Shown: positions 1-9,667 of the stretch, in pieces
How positions within the stretch are numbered: position 1 is the first letter of the stretch
Layout of the letters: every line of letters starts with the position of its first letter
Source: Bacteroidales bacterium
Lineage (GTDB): Bacteria > Bacteroidota > Bacteroidia > Bacteroidales > UBA10428
Direction of reading: 5' to 3'
Length of the DNA: 64,000 nt
NCBI GenBank assembly: GCA_016936215.1
Contig: JAFGPL010000111.1
Span: 12,459 to 76,458 of the forward strand
The notes under the pieces: model-generated
What the model was told of the DNA's origin: nothing
The model's database searches: none
Seen by the model: only the letters and a program-made list of their open reading frames with translations
Position numbers and translations under genes: made by a program

Positions 1-258
1 GAGGGATTCTCAGTAAAAAAACAGGAGTATCCATCTGCTGAAAACAAAGATTTTAAGGCATTTATTGTCAGCCATAACGATATGGAACACGATATTACTT
101 TTTACAAAAGTATAAAAACAGAAAGGTGGTGGATGGAGGTACCTGTAGTAAATACAGGGAGAAAGGTTATGGCCGCATGTTCTTTTGATGACTATAAACA
201 GGCCTGCGACCACGATATTCCGGATGTATGGTGGAAAACTTTCAGAAAAATAAACTGA
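1..258 (+). CDS. 3' end of an unidentified protein-coding gene (runs off the left edge)
   Basis: Frame +1 is open from base 1 to TGA at 256-258 (85 codons, ...KAFIVSHNDMEHDITFYKSIKTERWWMEVPVVNTGRKVMAACSFDDYKQACDHDIPDVWWKTFRKIN*). It is missing from the ORF track only because it has no start codon inside the window. No family recognised. Confidence 0.5.
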   Translation, partial: EGFSVKKQEYPSAENKDFKAFIVSHNDMEHDITFYKSIKTERWWMEVPVVNTGRKVMAACSFDDYKQACDHDIPDVWWKTFRKIN

Positions 259-571
259 TTCAAAAACAAAATCCGGCAATAGAAGGTTATACTTGTTTTA
301 TATATACTTAAGGAGTTCAACTTTTAACCATTACCAGCCATCAGATTGATGAAAATCAATTTTTTTCGGGCGAAAAGAAAAAAAATAATGACCAAAGGGC
401 AACTTTCTTTGATCAATTCAGTATAAAACATTGGTTATTCATTATTTTTTTATTAACACTAACTTGTTAATTTTATTTGTGCGGATACAATATTTTTACT
501 TATTTTACTTTTTATATATGGTACAGAGTTTTTAGAAATGCCCGTAGTAAAAAATGTAGGGAAGTAAAAAT

Positions 572-1546
572 ATGCAAAAGGCAGTAACATTATTATTTAT
601 TTTTTTTATTTCGGTAATTAAGTTAAACGCTCAACAGGAATACCAGGTGAGTCAGTTTATGTACGACCATATATCAATTAACCCCGGGGCATCGGGCAGC
701 CAGGACATGGCCTGTGTAAACGGGATTTTAAGACAGCAGTGGACCGGTATTGAAGGTGCACCCCAGAACATCATCATTCATGCTACCGCACCTTTCAGGT
801 TATTTAAAAAAGACCACGGATTCGGAGTTACTTTTGTAAACGATAAACTGGCCATCAACCAGGATAATAACCTGGGACTGTCTTATGCATACCGGGCAGA
901 TGTTGGCGACGGGAAATTAGGCATTGGTGCAGGGTTACATATAAATTTCCGCCAGTTTGACAATACCAACTGGTATATTCCAACAGGCAACGATTACCAT
1001 ACCCCTCCCGACCAGGACGATGCAATTCCAAAAAGTCTTGAACAGGCAAATGCATTCGACTTCAGCTTCGGGCTGTTTTACAGGACCGATGACCTGTACT
1101 TTGGTATCTCGGCAACCCATATAAATCAAAATAGTTATAAGTTTGTAAATGAAAATTCAACCGGTGATGCCGAATTACAAAACCAGATATTCAGACATTA
1201 TTATATTACATCAGGATATACCATGCAGTTGGCAAACCCGTCTTTTGAATTAACACCTTCGCTTTTAATACAATCCGATGGTAAAATTCATAAAATAGAT
1301 ATTAATGCCATACTCTCATACAATAAAAAATTCTGGGGCGGCGTTTCTTTCAGACCGGGAGGGGCACTAATCGGAATGATTGGTTTTGAAATACTGAACG
1401 GTGCAAAAATAGGGTTTGCTTATGATTTTCCTGTAACAGATATAACAAATTACTACGATACCTCGTATGAAGTGTTATTGAATTATTGTTTTAAGATCGG
1501 GGTTGATAAAACCCCACAAAAATATAAGAGTATTAGGTTTTTGTAA
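572..1546 (+). CDS. porP: PorP/SprF-family type IX secretion system membrane protein
   Basis: Signal peptide ending LNAQQ. N-terminal motif Q..Y.....INPGASG is typical of PorP/SprF. Barrel-like alternating sequence ending in ...KSIRFL. Sits directly upstream of gldKLMN, as in the porPKLMN arrangement. Confidence 0.85.
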   Translation: MQKAVTLLFIFFISVIKLNAQQEYQVSQFMYDHISINPGASGSQDMACVNGILRQQWTGIEGAPQNIIIHATAPFRLFKKDHGFGVTFVNDKLAINQDNNLGLSYAYRADVGDGKLGIGAGLHINFRQFDNTNWYIPTGNDYHTPPDQDDAIPKSLEQANAFDFSFGLFYRTDDLYFGISATHINQNSYKFVNENSTGDAELQNQIFRHYYITSGYTMQLANPSFELTPSLLIQSDGKIHKIDINAILSYNKKFWGGVSFRPGGALIGMIGFEILNGAKIGFAYDFPVTDITNYYDTSYEVLLNYCFKIGVDKTPQKYKSIRFL

Positions 1547-1617
1547 AAATTTAATTAATTTTATAATATTATAAATTGCACAAAAAAACTTTTAGTATCA
1601 GATAAAAACCTTTGGCT

Positions 1618-2949
1618 ATGAAAAAGATTATTTCTTTCGGTTTCGTTTTGGCAGTATTAATAATAAGTAGTTGTTCCAACTACAAAAGCGGCGAATTAAC
1701 CGGAGTTCCCGGAAGGACCAAGTTCTTCGAACCCGATCCGTTCGGAATGGTTTTTATTCCGCAAGGCAGTTACACACAAGGTAATAACGATCAGGATGTT
1801 GCCTGGGCACAATCCACTTTTTCAAAGACTGTTACGGTTGATCCGTTCTGGATGGACGAAACAGAAATAACCAATAATGAATATCGTCAGTTTGTTTTCT
1901 GGGTGCGCGACTCAATAATGAGAAGGATGCTCGGTGAACAACTCGATGATTTTGTTATATCAGAAGATGCCCTCGGCAATCCTATTGAACCCCCTGCAAT
2001 TAACTGGGATGTAAGAATTGACACCAGGGATGAAGAGATCAATGAAATACTCAGTGACCTTTACCTGGCAGATAATGAAAGATTTTACAACCAGAAAGAA
2101 ATTGACACCAGGAAGCTTATGTATGAATATTTCTGGATTGACCTGAAACAGGCAGCATCGAAATCAAACAGGTACAATTTTGAAACCAAGCAGTACGAAG
2201 GTTTTATTATCAATAACCAGGGTGAAAAAATTGAAATCAAAGACCGTTCAACTTTTGTAATCAGGGACGTGATAAATGTTTATCCTGATACCCTTTGCTG
2301 GATTGCCGATTTCACTTATTCATTCAATGAGCCTTATACTACCATGTATTTCTGGCACCCATCCTACGACAACTATCCTGTAGTTGGTGTAAACTGGAAC
2401 CAGGCAAGGGCATTCTCTATCTGGCGTACGCAAATGCTGAATTCAATACTCCGTACCAGCGGCCAACCGGGTGTTCACGATTACCGCCTGCCAATAGAAA
2501 CCGAATGGGAATATGCTGCCAGGGGTGGACTTGAACATTCAATGTACCCATGGGGCGGTTATTACACAAGAAACAAAGAAGGTTGCTTCCTCGCCAACTT
2601 TAAGCCTTTACGCGGTAACTATGCCGACGATGGTGGTGTTGTCACCATTGCTGTCGGCCAGTATCAGCCAAACGAATACGGGCTTTATGACATGGCAGGG
2701 AACGTAGCAGAATGGACATCAAGCGCATTTGATGAATCAGCATATATCTTTTCCCACGACTTAAATCCGGATTATCGTTACAATGCAAGACCCGATGACC
2801 AGCCTGTAATGAAAAGAAAAGTCATCAGGGGTGGATCATGGAAAGATATTGGATATTACATGCAAAACGGAACCAGAAGCTATGAATATCAGGATACATC
2901 AAAATCTTATATAGGTTTCAGGTGTGTAAGGTCATACCTGGGAACATAA
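1618..2949 (+). CDS. gldK: Gliding motility / T9SS lipoprotein GldK (PorK), SUMF1/FGE-fold
   Basis: Lipoprotein signal MKKIISFGFVLAVLIISSC. Sulfatase-modifying-factor-like motifs (YRLPIETEWEYAARGG, GLYDMAGNVAEW, RGGSW, GFRCV). The track start at 1612 is TTG; the ATG at 1618 gives the cleaner signal peptide. Confidence 0.9.
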   Translation: MKKIISFGFVLAVLIISSCSNYKSGELTGVPGRTKFFEPDPFGMVFIPQGSYTQGNNDQDVAWAQSTFSKTVTVDPFWMDETEITNNEYRQFVFWVRDSIMRRMLGEQLDDFVISEDALGNPIEPPAINWDVRIDTRDEEINEILSDLYLADNERFYNQKEIDTRKLMYEYFWIDLKQAASKSNRYNFETKQYEGFIINNQGEKIEIKDRSTFVIRDVINVYPDTLCWIADFTYSFNEPYTTMYFWHPSYDNYPVVGVNWNQARAFSIWRTQMLNSILRTSGQPGVHDYRLPIETEWEYAARGGLEHSMYPWGGYYTRNKEGCFLANFKPLRGNYADDGGVVTIAVGQYQPNEYGLYDMAGNVAEWTSSAFDESAYIFSHDLNPDYRYNARPDDQPVMKRKVIRGGSWKDIGYYMQNGTRSYEYQDTSKSYIGFRCVRSYLGT

Positions 2950-3002
2950 TAAAAATATTATACTATACTTTAAAACGTTAAATATCAAATAATCTAAACT
3001 CT

Positions 3003-3935
3003 ATGGCAAGTATAACGGATATTGTTCAAAGTTCAGGCTGGAAAAATTTTATGGCCAAATTATATGGTTTGGGAGCTTCAGTGGTTATTATTGGTGCGTT
3101 GTTTAAAATTCAGCACTGGGCAGGCGCAGGAATAATGCTTACAATTGGTCTTTTAACCGAAGCGATCATCTTCTTCTTCTCTGCTTTTGAACCTTTGCAT
3201 GAAGAACTTGACTGGACACTTGTATATCCCGAACTGGCCGGAATGAGTGATCCTGACGATATTGAGCATTTTAAGGATAATAAATTAAGCGAAGGCCGGC
3301 CGCTTGAAAAGATTGAAACGCTGCTGGGAGATGTCGAGATAAGTGAAGAATCAATCTCAAAACTTGGCGTGGGCCTCACTAAATTAAGCAAAGCCGCCGG
3401 TGATATTGCCGACCTGGCAATGGCTACTGCTGCCACACAGGAATTTATCGGCAACATGCAGGGGGCTACCAGTTCAATTGCCAACCTCAACCAGGTTTAT
3501 ACTTCTTCTACCGACTCTATTAAACAATCTGCTGGTGCACTGGCAAATTCTTATCTCCAATCTGCAGATATCATTTCAAAATCTGGCAATGATGTAGCAT
3601 CTACCTATGCACAGATTGCTGAGACCATAAAAAATGAACAGAACAATATTGCAAAAGGCGGTAAGACATACGAAGAGCAGGTTACCTCACTTAATAAAAG
3701 CCTTACAGAGCTTAATTCAATTTACGAATTACAGGTAAAAGACGGCAAAAATCACCTTGAAGGATCACAGCAGGTATATAGCGGACTGGGTGATATGATT
3801 AAAAAACTGAAAGAATCTGTTGATGAAACCAATAAATATAAAGAAGAGATTGTGAAACTTAGGGATAGTTTATCGTCTCTGAATAATATTTACGGTAATA
3901 TGCTTTCAGCAATGAATGTTATGACCGGTAAATAA
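3003..3935 (+). CDS. gldL: Gliding motility / T9SS motor protein GldL (PorL)
   Basis: Two N-terminal TM helices (GASVVIIGALFKIQHW..., IMLTIGLLTEAIIFFFSAFEP) followed by a long coiled-coil-like cytoplasmic tail. Lies between gldK and gldM. Confidence 0.85.
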   Translation: MASITDIVQSSGWKNFMAKLYGLGASVVIIGALFKIQHWAGAGIMLTIGLLTEAIIFFFSAFEPLHEELDWTLVYPELAGMSDPDDIEHFKDNKLSEGRPLEKIETLLGDVEISEESISKLGVGLTKLSKAAGDIADLAMATAATQEFIGNMQGATSSIANLNQVYTSSTDSIKQSAGALANSYLQSADIISKSGNDVASTYAQIAETIKNEQNNIAKGGKTYEEQVTSLNKSLTELNSIYELQVKDGKNHLEGSQQVYSGLGDMIKKLKESVDETNKYKEEIVKLRDSLSSLNNIYGNMLSAMNVMTGK

Positions 3936-3963
3936 TTATTAACGTTAACCCCGCAAAATAAAG

Positions 3964-5613
3964 ATGGCCCACGGTAAGGAAACCCCGAGACAAAAAATGA
4001 TTGGCATGATGTATTTGGTGCTCACAGCCTTGCTGGCACTAAATGTATCTACCAGTGTCCTCGATGCTTTTAAGATTATTGATGAAGGATTAAGTAAAAC
4101 CAATAATACACTTGAAGCAAAAATTTTCAAAGTATACGAAGATTTTGAAATGCAGGAGCAGATTAATCCAAGTAAGGCAGGCGCATGGAAAGAAAAAGCC
4201 TTTGGTGTAAGACAACGGGCAGACTCTCTGGTGAAAAAAATCCGGGATTTAAAGCTGCTGGTTGTACAAGAGGCAGAAGCTGGTAATAAAGAAGCCATTC
4301 AAGATGGTGAGATAGTGCGTGAAAATATTAAAGCCGTTACCGATTACGATACCCCAAACAGGATTCTTATCGGCGCCGAACTGACTTCTGAAAGCAAAGC
4401 CCGTAAACTGAAAGAACAGATAGAAGAATATAAAAACTACTTGATGGAATTCATTCCCGAAGAGAATGTCAAGCTCAGGGAATCAATCATGGGCAGTCTT
4501 GATACCGAAGACGAAAAAGACGCCAAAAAATCCCCTAAGGAAAACTCCTGGGAATACCACAAATTCGGACATTCACCATTGATGGGTTTTCTGGCAATAA
4601 TGTCTAACCTTCAGATAAATGTTAGGAATGCCGAAATTGAGCTTGTCAACTATCTGTATTCAAGAATAGATGAAGGGTCTGTTAAATTTAATAAACTTGA
4701 GGCAACAGTTATCCCGAATACAAATTATGTGATCAGGGGAAACAAGTACCGTTCGGAAGTTTTCATTGCAGCTTTTGATACTACCAATCCTCCTGAAGTA
4801 TTCGTGACAGAAGGATCAAGGCCATACGAAGAGGTAAAAGACGCTGAAGGTAGGATAATTGATTACAAGATAAGGGATGATTTGAAATATGAACTACTCC
4901 CGATTGAAAAGGGTAAAGCTGTTTATGAAAGACCAGGCGGTTCTCCCGGATTTCGTGAGTGGGGAGGTATTATCGAAGTGCAGGGGCCAGGGGAAGAAAA
5001 AATCAGAAGGCCATTCAAACAGAGCTACCAGGTGGCTGAAAGCAACGTGGTTGTTTCCCCTACCAAAATGAACGTGTTTTATTATGGTGTTGACAACCCG
5101 GTTGATATTTCGGTTGCCGGGATTCCTGCAAACCAGATATCTGCCGTAAATACGAATGGCTCCATAACTCCTCGCGGCGGATCATGGATTGTCAATCCTA
5201 GAAGACCGGGATTTAGTACCATAAGGGTATTTGCCGATTTCGACGGCCAGAAAAGGGAAGTTGGCTTCAAGGAGTTTCGTGTTAAAACTGTTCCGGACCC
5301 GGTAGCTAAGGTAGCAGGGAAAAAAGGAGGAGGAATTGAGAAAAACCTGCTTCTTGCTGCAACCGGTGTGCAAGCCGACATGGAAGGTTTCGATTTTGAC
5401 CTTACATTTAGGGTAACTGAATTTACTGTGCTTGCTGTAATCCAGGGATTTGTAAGCGACAATACCTCAAAAAGCAATGCATTTACCCAAAAACAAAAAG
5501 ATATTATAAAATCCCTGAGCAGGGGTAGTAACTTGTATATCCAGGATATTAAAGCAGTAGGGCCGGATGGCACAGTACGTATCCTTGGAACTATTTATTT
5601 TAAGATCAATTAA
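3964..5613 (+). CDS. gldM: Gliding motility / T9SS protein GldM (PorM)
   Basis: N-terminus MAHGKETPRQKMIGMMYLVLTALLALNVS matches the conserved GldM start with a single TM helix, followed by a long periplasmic region. Lies between gldL and gldN. Confidence 0.88.
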   Translation: MAHGKETPRQKMIGMMYLVLTALLALNVSTSVLDAFKIIDEGLSKTNNTLEAKIFKVYEDFEMQEQINPSKAGAWKEKAFGVRQRADSLVKKIRDLKLLVVQEAEAGNKEAIQDGEIVRENIKAVTDYDTPNRILIGAELTSESKARKLKEQIEEYKNYLMEFIPEENVKLRESIMGSLDTEDEKDAKKSPKENSWEYHKFGHSPLMGFLAIMSNLQINVRNAEIELVNYLYSRIDEGSVKFNKLEATVIPNTNYVIRGNKYRSEVFIAAFDTTNPPEVFVTEGSRPYEEVKDAEGRIIDYKIRDDLKYELLPIEKGKAVYERPGGSPGFREWGGIIEVQGPGEEKIRRPFKQSYQVAESNVVVSPTKMNVFYYGVDNPVDISVAGIPANQISAVNTNGSITPRGGSWIVNPRRPGFSTIRVFADFDGQKREVGFKEFRVKTVPDPVAKVAGKKGGGIEKNLLLAATGVQADMEGFDFDLTFRVTEFTVLAVIQGFVSDNTSKSNAFTQKQKDIIKSLSRGSNLYIQDIKAVGPDGTVRILGTIYFKIN

Positions 5614-5632
5614 TTATTAAAATTATATTGCA

Positions 5633-6496
5633 ATGAAACGAGTTGTTTTATTTCTAATCAGTGCATTCGTGGTGTTGGGTTCTTTTACAGTAAATGCCCA
5701 GCAGGATTTCCTAACCGAAGTATATACACGTGAGCATATCCGGAACAAACAACCGGTGCCATACGCTTATGTTCGTGAAGCCGATGTGGTCTGGGCAAAG
5801 GATATTTACCGGATTGTTGACCTCCGGCAGAAACAAAACCTGCCTCTGTATTACCCGCTACGTCCTATCGGAGACAGGATGAGCCTGATTAGCCTGTTGC
5901 TTCATGGAATTGACAACGAGGGCGTAAGGGCATTCTCAACGACAGATGTCCGCAACGAGTTTATTGTCCAGATGACAAAAGACGATATTGACGAAGCCTT
6001 TGATGCCGGTGTTGATACGCTTAAAGTTCCCGATGTAAATACCGGTCAGATGATTGAAAGCATCATTGAATCTGAACGCAAGGTAGAAGAAGTGCAGCAG
6101 ATCATGGTGAAAGAAAAATGGTTTTTTGATAGGAACCATTCAGTAATGAAAGTCCAGATAGTTGGCTTATGCCCTATTCGTGTATATGCACAGCGCGACG
6201 ATCAGAATATGCCAACCGATGTAATATTGAAGAAGAAGACGTTTTGGGTTTATTTCCCCGAAATAAGGCCGATACTTGCCAATCATGAAATATTTAACCG
6301 TAATAACGATGCCCAGAGGATTTCTTTCGACGACTACTTCTGGCAAAGAAGATTTGACAGTTACATTGTAGCTGAATCGAACGTGTATGACAACAGGACC
6401 ATTAATTCCTACACTCTTGGTATTGATTCACAACTCGAAGCAGAAAGAATCAAACAAAATCTGTTTGAAACCGAACACGACCTCTGGGAATATTAA
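5633..6496 (+). CDS. gldN: Gliding motility / T9SS periplasmic ring protein GldN (PorN)
   Basis: Signal peptide ending VNAQQ. Last gene of the K-L-M-N series, with a 19-nt gap after gldM. GldN-like N-terminal motif (VWAKDIYRIVDLRQKQN). Confidence 0.85.
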   Translation: MKRVVLFLISAFVVLGSFTVNAQQDFLTEVYTREHIRNKQPVPYAYVREADVVWAKDIYRIVDLRQKQNLPLYYPLRPIGDRMSLISLLLHGIDNEGVRAFSTTDVRNEFIVQMTKDDIDEAFDAGVDTLKVPDVNTGQMIESIIESERKVEEVQQIMVKEKWFFDRNHSVMKVQIVGLCPIRVYAQRDDQNMPTDVILKKKTFWVYFPEIRPILANHEIFNRNNDAQRISFDDYFWQRRFDSYIVAESNVYDNRTINSYTLGIDSQLEAERIKQNLFETEHDLWEY

Positions 6497-6522
6497 AAAT
6501 TAAAAGCTGTAAGAAATAAAAC

Positions 6523-6553
6523 AAAAAAAACCCTCGATTTGAGGGTTTTTTTT
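6523..6553. terminator. Bidirectional rho-independent terminator between convergent gldN and the manC-like gene
   Basis: A8-CCCTC-gattt-GAGGG-T8. A perfect hairpin flanked by an A-tract and a T-tract, so it can terminate on both strands. Confidence 0.8.
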
Positions 6554-6570
6554 ATCGAAAATTTTTTCAT

Positions 6571-7668
6571 TTAAATATATTCATCACCCTTTTCCAGCTT
6601 CACATCATTCACAAACTGTTTAATCTTCTGTTCATCCTGCTTCTTACATATCAGCAGGATATTATCCGATTCAACAACAATATAGTCGTTCAAGCCCTGT
6701 ATTACAGCAAGCTTTTCATCAGGAAGGTTTATCAGGCAGTTGGTGGTATCGTAAGCAAAAACATTTTTACCAATAACCGAGTTATTTTCCCTGTTCTTTT
6801 CAAGCTTATCATATAATGAGCCCCAGGTACCGAGGTCTGACCAGCCGAAGTCGGAGCACAACACGTAAACATTATCCGCTTTTTCCATTATCCCGTAGTC
6901 TATTGAAATATTGCGGCAGTTTGGGTAAGCCTGGGCAATAAACCTGCTTTCTTCATCGGTATTATAAACTCCTGCCCCCGATTTGAAAAGATTATCTACC
7001 TCTGGCAGGAATTTTTCATATTCCTGCATGATGGTTTTCAGCGACCAGAAGAACATACCTGAATTCCAAAAGAAATCACCGCTTTCGAGAAACAGTTCTG
7101 CCATTTTCAAATCTGGTTTCTCGGTAAATGTTTTTACTTTTCTGAAACTGCTGTTCAACTCGATCGCGCTCTTATCACCGTTTATCTGTATATAACCATA
7201 TCCGGTTTCCGGCCTGCTGGGCTGAATGCCAAGTGTTAACAAACAGTCGCTCTGACTTACAAACTCCAATCCTTTTTTAACTACCTCTACAAAGTCATTC
7301 TCTTTAAGGATAAGATGATCTGAGGGCGCGACCATGATTTTTGCGTCAGGGTTAAGCTCTTTAATTTTGTAGTTGGCATATGCAATACATGGTGCAGTGT
7401 TTCTCCTAAGCGGCTCTAAAAGCACCTGTTCGGGTTTTAACATCGGAAGCTGTTTCAAAACAAGGTCGCCATAATCTTCACTGGTTACCACCAGTACATT
7501 TTCATAGGGGATAATGTCTTTTATACGTTCATACGTTTGTTGCAGAAGCGTTTTTCCTGTACCAAGAATATCAAGAAATTGCTTTGGTTTTTTCGTTTTG
7601 CTGAGCGGCCAGAAACGACTTCCAATACCTCCGGCCATAATTACACAAAAATTGTTTTTATTATCCAT
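6571..7668 (-). CDS. Mannose-1-phosphate guanylyltransferase (nucleotidyltransferase only, no isomerase domain)
   Basis: N-terminal MAGGIGSRFWPLS..KPKQF nucleotidyl-transferase signature. Length 365 aa. Confidence 0.85.
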   Translation of the reverse strand: MDNKNNFCVIMAGGIGSRFWPLSKTKKPKQFLDILGTGKTLLQQTYERIKDIIPYENVLVVTSEDYGDLVLKQLPMLKPEQVLLEPLRRNTAPCIAYANYKIKELNPDAKIMVAPSDHLILKENDFVEVVKKGLEFVSQSDCLLTLGIQPSRPETGYGYIQINGDKSAIELNSSFRKVKTFTEKPDLKMAELFLESGDFFWNSGMFFWSLKTIMQEYEKFLPEVDNLFKSGAGVYNTDEESRFIAQAYPNCRNISIDYGIMEKADNVYVLCSDFGWSDLGTWGSLYDKLEKNRENNSVIGKNVFAYDTTNCLINLPDEKLAVIQGLNDYIVVESDNILLICKKQDEQKIKQFVNDVKLEKGDEYI

Positions 7669-7881
7669 TACATATCTGTTTATTATTAAACATAAGTGGC
7701 AAAAATGCCGAAATTAAGGACTAAAATATAAATTTAGACTTTTTCACTTACAAAAATTTGATGTAACCAATAAAGATATACACAAATGCCTCTTTACGCA
7801 AGACGATATGAATTAACAGAATTTTAATAAGGTATTTTTTAAAATATTAAATATCTTAGAAGCGTAAAAACAACGTTTTCT

Positions 7882-8616
7882 ATGTTATCAAATTTTGGCC
7901 GTTATTTAATTCTCATGTACAGGGTTTTTTCAAGACCTGAACGATTCAGGGTCTATTTCAGGGAAACGGTCAGGGAGATTGAAAACCTTGGATTAAATTC
8001 AATCGGGATTGTTATTATTATTTCAATATTTATTGGTGCGGTAATTACACTGCAAACCCGTTATAACCTTGAGAGTTCATGGATTCCCTTGTATCTGATC
8101 GGGTTAACGGCCAGGGACACCATTCTACTTGAATTTTCATCAACCATGGTTGGGCTGATACTTGCCGGTAAAGTAGGGTCAAATATTGCATCCGAGATTG
8201 GCCATATGCGCATCACCGAGCAGATTGATGCCCTCGAAATGATGGGGATTAATTCAGCCAGTTATCTTATTTTGCCCAAAATTATTGCCGCCATTTTTTT
8301 CAATCCTTTTCTTACCATTATCAGCATGGTTGTTGGTATTTTCGGGGGATGGGTGGCAGCGGTAGTTACCGGCGCCCTTTCGTCTGCCGACTATATTTAT
8401 GGAATACAATACTGGTTTGTACCCTTTTACATTACATATGCCCTTGTAAAAACAGTTTTTTATGCATTTATCATCACTTCTGTTTCAGCATATTATGGTT
8501 ACCATGTGCAGGGCGGGGCACTTGAAGTTGGCCGTGCAAGTACCAAAGGGGTGGTTTACAGCAGTATTCTTATCCTGCTCTGCGATGTTATTCTTACTCA
8601 ACTGATGCTTGCCTGA
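7882..8616 (+). CDS. mlaE: MlaE-family ABC transporter permease
   Basis: Polytopic membrane protein with the MlaE-like motif EQIDALEMMGI. Its stop overlaps the start of the following ATPase (TGATG). Confidence 0.8.
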   Translation: MLSNFGRYLILMYRVFSRPERFRVYFRETVREIENLGLNSIGIVIIISIFIGAVITLQTRYNLESSWIPLYLIGLTARDTILLEFSSTMVGLILAGKVGSNIASEIGHMRITEQIDALEMMGINSASYLILPKIIAAIFFNPFLTIISMVVGIFGGWVAAVVTGALSSADYIYGIQYWFVPFYITYALVKTVFYAFIITSVSAYYGYHVQGGALEVGRASTKGVVYSSILILLCDVILTQLMLA

Positions 8617-9383
8617 TGATTGTAGTTGAAGACATATCAAAATCATTTGGCAGTGAAACCGTGCTGAAAAACATATCGGTGACTTTCGAGAAAGGAAAAA
8701 CTAACCTGATAATCGGACGAAGCGGCTCAGGAAAAACAGTATTGATGAAATCGGTTGTAGGCCTGCACGAAGTTGACTCAGGGGCTATCTATTTCGATGG
8801 CAGGGATTTTGTTAAAATGGGGACCAGGCAACGCCAGGAATTGCGTAAGGAGATGGGCATGCTTTTTCAGGGTTCAGCACTCTTCGACTCTTTAACTGTT
8901 GAGGAGAATGTTATTTTTCCGCTTCAAATGTTCTCTGATATGACTGAAGATGAGAAAATTGAGCGGGTAAACTTTTGCCTCGAAAGGGTACATCTTGAGA
9001 ACGCGAACAAACTCTACCCCGGTGAATTAAGCGGTGGCATGAAGAAAAGAGTGGCCATTGCACGGGCAATTGTACAAAACCCCAAATATCTTTTCTGCGA
9101 TGAGCCCAATTCCGGACTTGACCCTAAAACAGCAATCGTAATTGATAACTTAATTAGCGAAATTACACACGAATTTGATATTACTACCATTGTTAATACC
9201 CACGATATGAACTCGGTAATGGAAATTGGCGAAAAAGTAGTGTTTATTTACGAAGGGATTAAATGCTGGGAAGGTACCAAGGATGAAATTTTAACCTCAG
9301 ACAACAATTATCTGAATGATTTTGTGTTTGCATCTAACTTAGCAAAAAGGATAAGGGATATCCAGGCTGGCAGCCAGCAGTAA
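8616..9383 (+). CDS. mlaF: MlaF-like ABC transporter ATP-binding protein
   Basis: Walker A GRSGSGKT, ABC signature LSGGMKKR, Walker B LFCDEP. Confidence 0.88.
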   Translation: MIVVEDISKSFGSETVLKNISVTFEKGKTNLIIGRSGSGKTVLMKSVVGLHEVDSGAIYFDGRDFVKMGTRQRQELRKEMGMLFQGSALFDSLTVEENVIFPLQMFSDMTEDEKIERVNFCLERVHLENANKLYPGELSGGMKKRVAIARAIVQNPKYLFCDEPNSGLDPKTAIVIDNLISEITHEFDITTIVNTHDMNSVMEIGEKVVFIYEGIKCWEGTKDEILTSDNNYLNDFVFASNLAKRIRDIQAGSQQ

Positions 9384-9387
9384 CAGT

Positions 9388-9630
9388 TTAATCTTTGATT
9401 TCTTCAAAATCTACATACTCTCCCCTGTCTTTCGAAATAAACTTTTTTTGGGGTGAATTGGCAGTAATATGAGTGTCTCCCTCTTTTCTGGTTTGATATT
9501 GCTTTTTACGGCTGCCCGATGCCGCATTGCCAAAATAACCCTGCAAAAGGGGAACAAGTATAAACCGTGAAACAAGAGTCCACAGATAATACACGATAAC
9601 AATAATTAACAGAATTCTTATAAATCCCAT
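9388..9630 (-). CDS. Small membrane protein (DUF4834-like)
   Basis: 80 aa. Single N-terminal TM helix (ILLIIVIVYYLW), basic linker, acidic C-terminus GEYVDFEEIKD. The family name is from memory and was not searched. Confidence 0.5.
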   Translation of the reverse strand: MGFIRILLIIVIVYYLWTLVSRFILVPLLQGYFGNAASGSRKKQYQTRKEGDTHITANSPQKKFISKDRGEYVDFEEIKD

Positions 9631-9667
9631 GTTCTGCTTTTATGGGACAAAAATAGTGAAAAAAAAC

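Noticed and set aside
10-279. 89-aa minus-strand ORF at the left edge
   Set aside because: It lies antisense to a longer open plus-strand frame (1-258) that reads like a genuine protein C-terminus. The minus ORF is hydrophobic and low-complexity and has no recognisable features.
5082-5573. 163-aa antisense ORF inside gldM. Similar antisense ORFs occur inside gldL (3110-3490), nadC (18860-19171, 19227-19646), porX (49523-49957), sprE (51744-52229, 52180-52620), the peptidase gene (45879-46292) and the FtsX permease gene (42196-42573)
   Set aside because: All are fully embedded in confidently assigned genes on the opposite strand or in another frame. They lack motifs, and their composition is typical of antisense or shifted-frame reading.
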